Positions 46,485 through 54,545 of a stretch of DNA of 64,000 nt are shown here, in pieces; the first letter of the stretch is position 1; each line of letters opens with the position of its first letter. A program made the position numbers and the translations under genes. The stretch lies in the sequence record NC_028899.1. The stretch is one strand, 5' to 3'. The notes below the pieces were generated by a model. It was not told the DNA's origin. It saw only the letters and a program-made list of their open reading frames with translations, and ran no database searches.

Positions 46485-46508
46485 CGTAGGTGGGTTGCCC
46501 CACCTACG
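46485..46508 (-). terminator. Hairpin, 10-bp stem, GCAA loop on the minus strand
   Basis: CGTAGGTGGG-TTGC-CCCACCTACG after the stop at 46517. Confidence 0.65.
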
Positions 46509-46516
46509 CTCAGTTG

Positions 46517-47971
46517 TTACAGGGAACTTGCTTGCTCGTCGAGTGCCGACTTGATGATGTCGACGTCTTCGTCCGAGAGATAGCCCTCGTTACGCAGCTT
46601 GTCGACCAGATCACCCCAGAAGAACGTCGGCGCAGCGTTGGCCTTGCCGGAGATCTGCACGACTGCGACGCCGAACTGCTTGTGGTCGATCAGGTAATCG
46701 ATCGCCAGACCGCCATGTGTGTCCAGAGCGTCACGATACTGGTTGTCGATCAGATCGACTTCTTCGTGGGTCATGACGTCGTCCGGCAGGAGCACCGATA
46801 CGGTACCCGACGGAGTGAAGTCCGACTTCTGAAGGAATTCCAGCATCGCTTCGCGATCTTCACCCTTGCGACCCGTGAAGATGAACACAGCATGCCCGTT
46901 CTTCTTGAGGGCTTTCAACGTCGCGACAGCGAACGGCGATTCCGGACCGATTGCAGCCGGGCGTTGATCTTCGACGATGGTACCGTCGAACGTGACGACG
47001 AACACGGCCGGAATTTCTTCCTGTCCGCCATCGTCTTCGATCTCCGGATCGATCGCATGCATGTCGATTTCCATCTGCGCGTCTTTGCGGCCGACATGCT
47101 GGAATTCTTCACCGAAGTTTTCGACGCACCAGTCGAACAGATGCTTGTCGGTTTCACCCTTCTGGACCGCCACGTTGTGGTACGCCGTGACTTCCGCCTG
47201 CTTGAACTTCACCATCGCGTCGACGTACTCATCGTCCGGCAGGGCGTCGATGCCCTCCAGCTGCTGGAGTGCCGGGATGTTCACGCCCTGGTTCTGGACC
47301 ATCCATTCGTCGAACGAGAGTGACGAACCGCTGCGCGTATGCGCGTCTTCGAGTGCTTCGCGATGTTGGTTGATCGTGTTACGCACGAGCCGGCGGCTGT
47401 CGCGATTGGTGAGCGGAATGTCCTTCAGGTGGATCTTCGGCTTCACGGGTTCCGCATCGGCTTCGATCGGATCGCCGTTGGGCGACCAATGAATGCCGTT
47501 CCAGTACCACATCGGATGCGTCTGCTTGTACTCCTCCTGGTCGATCTTGACGATCCGCTCGTTGACGGCGAGCGCCTCGATCTCGATCTCGTTGGCCAGC
47601 ACCATGAAACGCAGCCATGGCATGTTTTCTTCGTTGACCCACATGTCGTCTTGGCCGTCGAAGATCGCCGTCAGCACAGCGCTGTTCAGCGCGATGGCGT
47701 CGGCGAAACGCTCTTCGCCTTCCAGACCGGTTTCAGCCTTGAGTGCCACGTAGGTCAGCAGACCGTTGGCCGAGATGTAGAACTCGCGCGGTTGTTCGGC
47801 CGGGAACAGACGTTTCAGATCGCGCTTCGGGATGACGATGGTCGCGACCTTGTTCTTGAAATCGGGCTCCTGTGCCAGCACGCCGACGTGCTGTTGGATT
47901 TTCGAATGGTATTCCAGGCCGTAGCCCGGACGGAAAACTTGAGCCTTTGCGTAAGTGATCGGAGTTTTCAT
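46517..47971 (-). CDS. Hypothetical protein with a C-terminal degenerate HAD-like domain
   Basis: VVTFDGTIVE, LKALK..GHAVFIFTGR.G, YLIDHK resemble HAD motifs I, II and IV with Asp substitutions. Confidence 0.65.
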   Translation of the reverse strand: MKTPITYAKAQVFRPGYGLEYHSKIQQHVGVLAQEPDFKNKVATIVIPKRDLKRLFPAEQPREFYISANGLLTYVALKAETGLEGEERFADAIALNSAVLTAIFDGQDDMWVNEENMPWLRFMVLANEIEIEALAVNERIVKIDQEEYKQTHPMWYWNGIHWSPNGDPIEADAEPVKPKIHLKDIPLTNRDSRRLVRNTINQHREALEDAHTRSGSSLSFDEWMVQNQGVNIPALQQLEGIDALPDDEYVDAMVKFKQAEVTAYHNVAVQKGETDKHLFDWCVENFGEEFQHVGRKDAQMEIDMHAIDPEIEDDGGQEEIPAVFVVTFDGTIVEDQRPAAIGPESPFAVATLKALKKNGHAVFIFTGRKGEDREAMLEFLQKSDFTPSGTVSVLLPDDVMTHEEVDLIDNQYRDALDTHGGLAIDYLIDHKQFGVAVVQISGKANAAPTFFWGDLVDKLRNEGYLSDEDVDIIKSALDEQASSL

Positions 47972-47974
47972 GGT

Positions 47975-48628
47975 TTACTCGGTTTCGTTATAAAGAGCGA
48001 AGTTAACACGGAGAGGATCGCGTTGAGTTTTGGCCAACTCATAGTGCGTAATCACAGTTCCTGCGAAGTCGATGCGGTCGATAGCCTTTTGATCAAACCG
48101 CATGAACGTCATTTGGTAAAACGTTTTCTCGGGAACGTCCTCGAACCCGAATGCACGCCTCTTGACGTCGTTGACGTCATCCTTGGAAAAGAGCAGCAGG
48201 CCCATCGTATTTTGAAACAACGCGATGAAGCACGACTGATCTTCCGTGATTTCCAGCAGGGGTGTTTGCATGGAAGCCTTGACTACTTCGGTAACCTCCG
48301 CAAAACATTGCGTGTAGAAATAAGGATAAACATCCCTTTCCTCCACTGTGAGTTCGTGATTCAGGTAACGAATAAAGAACCCAACATCGTCAGCTACGAT
48401 CTCCCTGAGGATTTGAAAATCGACGAACAAGTCGTCCTTGTGATTCCAGGTGATCGGATCTCCATATCCTTCACCCAGAAATGCTTCGGGATGAGGAATG
48501 TTTTTCAGATCCCGCTCGGCTTTGCGAGTTTGTTCCTCGATCACCCGTTTGGCGAAAATCGCCGCGAGCTTGCTGTCGTTGGGATAGTTGACCAACTTTC
48601 CCCAGATTGCTTTCATTTTGCCGATCAT
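47975..48628 (-). CDS. Hypothetical protein, 217 aa
   Basis: ATG 48628 lies 2 nt past the upstream stop at 48631. Confidence 0.7.
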   Translation of the reverse strand: MIGKMKAIWGKLVNYPNDSKLAAIFAKRVIEEQTRKAERDLKNIPHPEAFLGEGYGDPITWNHKDDLFVDFQILREIVADDVGFFIRYLNHELTVEERDVYPYFYTQCFAEVTEVVKASMQTPLLEITEDQSCFIALFQNTMGLLLFSKDDVNDVKRRAFGFEDVPEKTFYQMTFMRFDQKAIDRIDFAGTVITHYELAKTQRDPLRVNFALYNETE

Positions 48629-48630
48629 TT

Positions 48631-49032
48631 TTAGCCCTTGTATTGCTTGAGTTGTTCTGGCAACTCGTATTGGAAATGTCCGTTCTTCACGCCGGTAATG
48701 CGAATATGGGAATCCGCCATCGCACAGTGAAAGAGCCCGAAGTTGTGGTTCAACCATTCGTAAAACACATCTTCAGCCACACGCTGTGCAACATACTCCG
48801 CTCCTTGTCCGCCATTGCGAAACGCCAGTTCGCTGAGTTTGCCACGCAATGCCAGTTGGAGTTCCCTTACTGCTTGGGCTTTCTTCTTCTCCGTCTTATC
48901 AATGCGAGTCTGAATCTGCGACTGCCTGTAACGGAAGTTTTTGTTTTTCTGACGAAGCCGATAACCGACGAGTCCGGTAATTCCTGCCGCAGCTGCACCT
49001 CCCATGCTAACTGCAATCAGCAACGCGCTCAT
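48631..49032 (-). CDS. Hypothetical membrane-anchored protein, 133 aa
   Basis: GAGGT RBS; N-terminal hydrophobic segment followed by a basic coiled coil. Confidence 0.7.
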   Translation of the reverse strand: MSALLIAVSMGGAAAAGITGLVGYRLRQKNKNFRYRQSQIQTRIDKTEKKKAQAVRELQLALRGKLSELAFRNGGQGAEYVAQRVAEDVFYEWLNHNFGLFHCAMADSHIRITGVKNGHFQYELPEQLKQYKG

Positions 49033-49092
49033 ATCTACCTCATTTTAAAAGTTGAATGGTTTTTATAAACTTCGGTTGGGAAGTTCTAGAGG

Positions 49093-49103
49093 ATGATATA
49101 TTC
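49093..49103 (-). promoter_or_regulatory. Candidate phage promoter motif GAATATATCAT
   Basis: Identical 11-mer to 41810-41820, in an AT-rich gap about 60 nt upstream of the gene starting at 49032. Confidence 0.45.
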
Positions 49104-49131
49104 TTATAATAAAATACAAGAAAGCATAAGT

Positions 49132-49167
49132 CATAATCTACCTAGCCGTGAGGCTAGGTAGATTATG
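49132..49167. terminator. Hairpin, 16-bp stem, GTGA loop
   Basis: CATAATCTACCTAGCC-GTGA-GGCTAGGTAGATTATG just after the nrdB stop. Confidence 0.7.
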
Positions 49168-49176
49168 GTCGTCTTG

Positions 49177-50310
49177 TTACAGATCGAAGTCGAAGGTCTT
49201 GCCCTTGTCGTCACGCGTCACAGTGTTCACCATGTACGCAACCGGCGGAGCTTCTTGCGGAGAAGCTTGCGTCTTGCGCAGGTTCACACGGCTATTCATG
49301 TACGGCAGCGGATTGTCTTCCACCATCGGGAAGTTCACGTCGTCCCGGATGCCAAGGAACGATGCGACATCCGTACCGCCGAAGTAGTTGAAGCGTTTGA
49401 GCGACGAAGGCGACATGCCGGTATGCTCATGGCCGTCGTCGTGCATCACATCCACCCAGCGGTCTTCGCCAGCAATTGCTTCATTGAGCATCGCGACGAT
49501 CAGGTGCCGGTTGTTCTTGAATGCTTCACGTCCGCGATCGGTTGCCATCAGCGAAGCGATGTTGGCCTTGCCGAACGGAACGTGGATCTCCACCTCGTCC
49601 TGTGCGATGCGCTGCACTGCATCGCCGATCGGCTGGAACAGGTTCATCGCGCAGATGCCGAACGTCACAGCAAACGACGGCATGAACTGGCAACGCTCCA
49701 TGATCAGCAGTGCGACGATATACAGGAAGATCGCATCGTAGATCTCGTAACGTTCACGCTCGGTGAGCGGATACGTTTTCGAATCGTACTGGTACAGAGC
49801 CCAGCGATGCGAAGCGCAGTACGCACGACCGAATACTTCGGCGACGGTCTTCAGACGCAGGTGGGCGTCCGAATCGTTCTTGAACTGTTCCATCGCAGCG
49901 ACCGGATCGTCGAACGACTGACGAACGATTTCTGCGTAGGTGCGTGCATGGATCGACTCGTTGTCCGAGATGCGCTGGTAACCCGTCCAGACTTCAGACG
50001 AGGAGCACACGCCCGACATGATGCCTGCGATGGTCGAGGAGGCCACAGAATCCGTTTCCCACTGCCAGGCGAGGGTACGGATCATGTCCTTCGCGATGAG
50101 CGGGTCTACGGTCTTGAATTCCACGCGACAGAGCTCGAATACGAACTCTTTTTCAGTCCAGTCCTGCCCGCGCAGCTTTTCGTAAAGCTTGTTCTGCTCG
50201 GGGTACTGGCTGTTGATAGTGTCCAGCAGACCACGCGGCTGGCCAAGAATGATCGGAGTCTTTTCATAATCCGTCTTTGCGGCATTGAAAATGGCTTGGT
50301 TAATGGTCAT
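49177..50310 (-). CDS. nrdB: Ribonucleotide reductase class I beta subunit
   Basis: ETDS, NESIHARTY (E/H ligands and radical Tyr), MERCQF..SF, IAQDEVEIH, C-terminal SPQE....Y. Confidence 0.92.
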   Translation of the reverse strand: MTINQAIFNAAKTDYEKTPIILGQPRGLLDTINSQYPEQNKLYEKLRGQDWTEKEFVFELCRVEFKTVDPLIAKDMIRTLAWQWETDSVASSTIAGIMSGVCSSSEVWTGYQRISDNESIHARTYAEIVRQSFDDPVAAMEQFKNDSDAHLRLKTVAEVFGRAYCASHRWALYQYDSKTYPLTERERYEIYDAIFLYIVALLIMERCQFMPSFAVTFGICAMNLFQPIGDAVQRIAQDEVEIHVPFGKANIASLMATDRGREAFKNNRHLIVAMLNEAIAGEDRWVDVMHDDGHEHTGMSPSSLKRFNYFGGTDVASFLGIRDDVNFPMVEDNPLPYMNSRVNLRKTQASPQEAPPVAYMVNTVTRDDKGKTFDFDL

Positions 50311-50341
50311 TTTGAAATTTGAGCCTATAGAGGATGTTGAA

Positions 50342-50366
50342 ACAGGGACTACAGAATAGTCCCTGT
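50342..50366 (-). terminator. Hairpin between nrdA and nrdB, 10-bp stem
   Basis: ACAGGGACTA-CAGAA-TAGTCCCTGT; may be a processing or attenuation site rather than a full terminator. Confidence 0.45.
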
Positions 50367-50377
50367 CCCTTTCTTTT

Positions 50378-53300
50378 TTACAGCGAACAGCCTTCGCATT
50401 CCATGTGACCATCGCCACCCGTCTGTTCAGTCTGGAACGTGATACCTTCCAAGCCTGCGAGTTCGTCAGAAGTACCCAGCAGATTGCCAGGCGCACTTTC
50501 GATTGCCGGCGCGATTTCGTGGACCGACTTCGAGATCTTCATCGTGTCGTCCGAACCAGGCATGAGCGTGTTGACGTAATAGCGCGTCTTCACACCCTTT
50601 TTGACGCGGTCGAGTTCCGCTTCCACGATTTCCGTCGACGAAACTTCCAGACGGTTCGTGAAGTCGAGATACCAGTCAGCCGAAGCCGATTGGTCGCAGA
50701 ACTTCTGGCCGATGGCGTAGAGACTGTTCTGCTCGGGCAGAGTCAGTTCCCACATGCGTTGGTACAGGTACGCAGGATCGTCACCGTACGGTGCAGCCCA
50801 GCGCAACATGTTGTTCGCATCACCCTTGAGCAACACGAGTTCGCGAATGCCGTAGATGCTGTTCGTAGCACCCAGAGCCTTCGACGAGCTTTCGCCCGGC
50901 ATGAAGTTGATCAGGCAGCTGTGTGCCAGACCACCATTTGCCTTGATGCGTTCGGACACTTCGTCCCAGTCGTACTGGTATTCGAAGTTTGCCAACTGGT
51001 CGACTTCCTTCCGATACGACTTGAGAGGCGTCCAACCATCGGGCCACTTCGTACGACCGATCCACGGAGCCAAACCGCGCTCTTTGGAGATCTGAAGCGA
51101 AGCTTCGATTGCGAAGTACAGATGTCGCTCGAACACGCGATGCAGTTCTTGCAGACCTTCGGTCGAGTTGAACTTCAGGCGCTTGCGGGCCATGTGAGTC
51201 GCCAGACCCATCATACCAACGCCGGCATTCATCCGAGCTTTCGCCGTGACGCCGATGTGGGGCATGATGTACTCGTTGTGCAGGATGCAGTAATCGATCA
51301 TCTTGTACGCGTAGTACATGACGTCACGATATTCGTCATCCGACATTTCTTCCGTGATGTTGGTCGCAGCCAACGAACACAGGGCGACTTCCGGTTCCTT
51401 CTTGACAGCAAGGATTTTCTTCACGACCAATTCGTCGTGACCCCAGTCGATGTAATGATCGCCTGCTTTCAGAGTCTGCGCGACGATACGACCGCCGCCG
51501 GGCTTCGGCAAGATCTTCGAAGCGTTGTAACGCACCTCCGCTTCGCGCCCGTCCGGATAAACCACCAAGGCTCGAACATAGCCGACTTCGACAGACGAAT
51601 ACAGATCCAGCATCGCGTTTTTGCCGTCGTACGGCTCGGTCGGCTCCGACACTTCCAGACACTGACCGGTCACGACACCATTGAACATGGCCTTGTGGCG
51701 CTTCGGTTCATTGAAGCAAAACACCGAGTTCTCGACACCCAGATCTTCCACGTCCAGAATCTGGCAGTGAATGTTGATCGCAGGTTGTTCGTGATGCTCG
51801 AACGGTGCCAGTTCCATCCCCGGCTTCAGTTCGTGCGTACGCTTCTCGACTTCGACGCCATTTTCCATGACGTACCACTTGTGGTAGGCGGTACAGTCCA
51901 GGAAACCCCGTCCAGCGCTCGTATAGACTCGCAGGAGCTTCTCGCACTTGCTGGTCTGACGCACGGTAACCCGCGACCATTCGAAGCCGTTCCAGACCTC
52001 GACTTGGCGATCGTGGAACTCCGAGATCGCGCGATGGCCGTATTCCTTCGTGACGATGATGGTGCCAGGAGCGACACACAGATTCGACGAATGGATCGGA
52101 TCCAGGAACGGCGTGTTGCGGTTCATCTCGTCGATGGAAGCCGCATAGATCGTGCCGGTCTGGATGCCTTGCTGAACGGCATGAACGACCAGTTCACGAG
52201 CCGGCGTATAGGTCTTCTTGAAGTTCGGATCGTTCTCGTACTTCTCGTAGATCTTCGCGAACAGGTTGATGTCCGGGCCGTAGAAGGCTTCGTGCAGATC
52301 CGGAGCGGTCTTGATGTTCCACGTGAAGACTTCTTCATCCTTGGCCATCTTCATGGTCAGGAAACGGTTCGACATGTACGCGTAATGCGCATCACGGTTA
52401 CGAGCCGTGTCGGAAGCACGCGTATCGCGCAGACCTGCGATGACCTTGGCTTCCGGATCGAACAGGTTGAAGTACATCGTACCTGCGCCACCACGACCGC
52501 CTTGCAGGTTTGCACGGATGTTCTTGCCAAACGCGGCAATATACGGCAACTTGCCGCGATGGAGGAAACGACCCTTTTGGACAGGATCGCCGATGGAACG
52601 CGTCATCAGGTTCGTGCCGATACCTGCGGACTGTGTCGTCATCATGTATGTGATGTGGTCTCCGACTGCCAGACTCCAGCGGCTGTCACCAACCGCGATC
52701 AGGCAGCAGCTTGCATACCCCTTGTGGTACGTGCCCAGGTTGTTGTAATTGGGCGTCGGCGCGCTCAGGCGCTTGTTCGAGAAGTGCCGATAGATACGCA
52801 GCACATGTTCCAGGCGCGAACGCTTGCTCGGATCTTCGTTCACCAGCGGATAGCCCGGCATCGTTTCTTCGTTTTCTTCGAAGAGAGCCATGGCCATGCG
52901 CATGTAGATGAACTGCGGCGATTCGAATTCGGTCTTCGTCGAGAAATCCTGCAGCGCGTACTTGAAGCGCAGCTGGTCCATCGCGAAGTGCGGATACGTC
53001 AGATCGCGGTCGTGGTTGATTTCCGCTTCGATGATCGCCCACTCGTATTCCGAGTAATTGAGGCGCCGCATGAGGCCCGACTCATACAGCTGTTCTTGCA
53101 CCGCACGCACGGTCGGCAACTCTTTGCTGCCGAAGACTTCGATGCGGTTGAGGACTGCGCGCAGGCGACCAGCCATCAGGTAATGCGACCACGTTTCACG
53201 TGACAGAAGGGTGTCGATGAGCTTCTGCATGAGTTGCTGCACCGTGACCTTCTTGGGGAGATCGCGAACCGTTTCCAGTGCGATGCTGGACCATTCGTCG

Positions 53301-53395
53301 GCATTGAAGCCGACTGCATCTTGCACCCAGTGGTTCAGCTTCTTGGCGTCGAATTTTTCTTCTTCGCCTTTGAGATTGATGACGGTTTCAATCAT
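50378..53395 (-). CDS. nrdA: Ribonucleotide reductase class I alpha subunit, intein-containing
   Basis: ATP-cone-like N-terminus, PTP, ASCC, SNL/CLE active site, EVALC, GVGMMGLA, MPGESSS, YY, C-terminal CEGC. Confidence 0.95.
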   Translation of the reverse strand: MIETVINLKGEEEKFDAKKLNHWVQDAVGFNADEWSSIALETVRDLPKKVTVQQLMQKLIDTLLSRETWSHYLMAGRLRAVLNRIEVFGSKELPTVRAVQEQLYESGLMRRLNYSEYEWAIIEAEINHDRDLTYPHFAMDQLRFKYALQDFSTKTEFESPQFIYMRMAMALFEENEETMPGYPLVNEDPSKRSRLEHVLRIYRHFSNKRLSAPTPNYNNLGTYHKGYASCCLIAVGDSRWSLAVGDHITYMMTTQSAGIGTNLMTRSIGDPVQKGRFLHRGKLPYIAAFGKNIRANLQGGRGGAGTMYFNLFDPEAKVIAGLRDTRASDTARNRDAHYAYMSNRFLTMKMAKDEEVFTWNIKTAPDLHEAFYGPDINLFAKIYEKYENDPNFKKTYTPARELVVHAVQQGIQTGTIYAASIDEMNRNTPFLDPIHSSNLCVAPGTIIVTKEYGHRAISEFHDRQVEVWNGFEWSRVTVRQTSKCEKLLRVYTSAGRGFLDCTAYHKWYVMENGVEVEKRTHELKPGMELAPFEHHEQPAINIHCQILDVEDLGVENSVFCFNEPKRHKAMFNGVVTGQCLEVSEPTEPYDGKNAMLDLYSSVEVGYVRALVVYPDGREAEVRYNASKILPKPGGGRIVAQTLKAGDHYIDWGHDELVVKKILAVKKEPEVALCSLAATNITEEMSDDEYRDVMYYAYKMIDYCILHNEYIMPHIGVTAKARMNAGVGMMGLATHMARKRLKFNSTEGLQELHRVFERHLYFAIEASLQISKERGLAPWIGRTKWPDGWTPLKSYRKEVDQLANFEYQYDWDEVSERIKANGGLAHSCLINFMPGESSSKALGATNSIYGIRELVLLKGDANNMLRWAAPYGDDPAYLYQRMWELTLPEQNSLYAIGQKFCDQSASADWYLDFTNRLEVSSTEIVEAELDRVKKGVKTRYYVNTLMPGSDDTMKISKSVHEIAPAIESAPGNLLGTSDELAGLEGITFQTEQTGGDGHMECEGCSL
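51662..52078 (-). mobile_element. Mini-intein (139 aa) in NrdA ending in Gln
   Basis: Interrupts SSNL|CLEV; starts CVAPGT, has block B CTAYHKW, ends MFNGVVTGQ followed by Cys +1; no endonuclease domain. Confidence 0.9.
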
Positions 53396-53412
53396 TGTTA
53401 GGTCCGTTTTTG

Positions 53413-53658
53413 TTAAGCGGTTGCTGAGTGAGCCTTCACGATCTTGGTGAAGTTCGTCGGCGTGAAGCCAGACATCCATTCACCATTATCGTTGATCACC
53501 GGCAGCTGTCGGAAACCCTGTTCGCGCAACATCTGAGCTTGATCCGGCTGCTCGGCGACGTTGATTTCCTGATATTCGATGGCTTTGATCGACAAAGCCT
53601 TCTTCAGGTTCTCGCAATTGGGGCACGAATTGCTGCTGTAGACGATAACAGGGCTCAT
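53413..53658 (-). CDS. nrdH: Glutaredoxin/NrdH-like redoxin
   Basis: VYSSNSCPNC, GFRQLPVI, WMSGF; adjacent to nrdA; GGAG RBS. Confidence 0.88.
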   Translation of the reverse strand: MSPVIVYSSNSCPNCENLKKALSIKAIEYQEINVAEQPDQAQMLREQGFRQLPVINDNGEWMSGFTPTNFTKIVKAHSATA

Positions 53659-53747
53659 TTTCAAATACTCCAAGGTACTACTTCAGTTAATCGAAGGTGG
53701 TGCTAAAAATTAACGCATTTCGAAAATTGCGAACATAGGTCCTTGCC

Positions 53748-53775
53748 CTCCAGACGACTCGAAGTTCGTCTGGAG
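53748..53775. terminator. Imperfect hairpin upstream of nrdH
   Basis: CTCCAGACGA...TCGTCTGGAG, 10-bp outer stem. Confidence 0.4.
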
Positions 53776-53838
53776 TACGCATTTTTTGAAATGTGTTTTC
53801 TCTCTGTCCAGAGTATAAATGACCAAAAAAAATAAAAT

Positions 53839-53866
53839 TATCAGAGTGGGGAAACCCACTCTGATA
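53839..53866. terminator. Hairpin, 12-bp stem, GAAA loop
   Basis: TATCAGAGTGGG-GAAA-CCCACTCTGATA, followed on the minus strand by a T-rich run. Confidence 0.72.
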
Positions 53867-53881
53867 CTATTACTGCCGGCC

Positions 53882-54469
53882 TCAAATGTACTTTTCGTAG
53901 TCGTAATTTCTCGGCGTTAGAGGCGTCACGATGCTCATCGTGATCTTGATCCGACAACCTTCACCTTGTTCTTTTTTGTTGTATTCGGCGACATCTTCAC
54001 TGCTGGTCAGGTGGTCTCCGGAAGTCGTATACATTTGCATGTTGATGTGATTGCGCAGTTTGTTCTTTTTGATGTTGATGAACGTACCGTGCATGTAGTA
54101 GAACTTTTGCTTGACGACATCAAGTGCGGCGTAAAGCTTCAGATCATCCGGATCATTCGTCACCCAGACATTTGCCTGATAGAGAACCGTCATGTGCTGA
54201 ACAGCATGACGAATCATCCATTCGCGCTGGTATTTAAGACCATGACACAGCTGAACAATGATCTGCGCTGCAATCTCCTCGATCTCGGGACCGAAATCAA
54301 TCTTGTTGCGAGGAGATATGTGTTCGTTTGTGACGATTGCTTGTCGAAATTGTGCTGAGATGAGGCGCCTTGCTACGAAATAACGAACAGTTAACGAAAC
54401 AAGACGAATAATGCCCGATGCAAAGAGCATGGAAGCACAGAACAGAATGAATTGCCCGAGTGTATTCAT
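53882..54469 (-). CDS. Hypothetical membrane-anchored protein, 195 aa
   Basis: GAGG RBS; N-terminal TM; AT-richer than flanks. Confidence 0.7.
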   Translation of the reverse strand: MNTLGQFILFCASMLFASGIIRLVSLTVRYFVARRLISAQFRQAIVTNEHISPRNKIDFGPEIEEIAAQIIVQLCHGLKYQREWMIRHAVQHMTVLYQANVWVTNDPDDLKLYAALDVVKQKFYYMHGTFINIKKNKLRNHINMQMYTTSGDHLTSSEDVAEYNKKEQGEGCRIKITMSIVTPLTPRNYDYEKYI

Positions 54470-54501
54470 TTATTTTTACCTCATTGTCAAAAAAAGATGA
54501 C

Positions 54502-54535
54502 CTAATCACCATGGGGTTTCCCCCATGGTGATTAG
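54502..54535 (-). terminator. Hairpin, 15-bp stem, GAAA loop on the minus strand, with T-run
   Basis: CTAATCACCATGGGG-TTTC-CCCCATGGTGATTAG; the minus strand continues GTCATCTTTTTTT. Confidence 0.8.
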
Positions 54536-54545
54536 AGTCGATCCG

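Noticed and set aside
49177-50310. DEVEIH spacing in NrdB (one extra residue versus E. coli DEALH) as a sign of a novel metal site
   Set aside because: All expected ligands and the radical Tyr are present; a one-residue insertion alone is weak evidence.
50405-53203. 932-aa plus-strand ORF
   Set aside because: Antisense shadow of nrdA.
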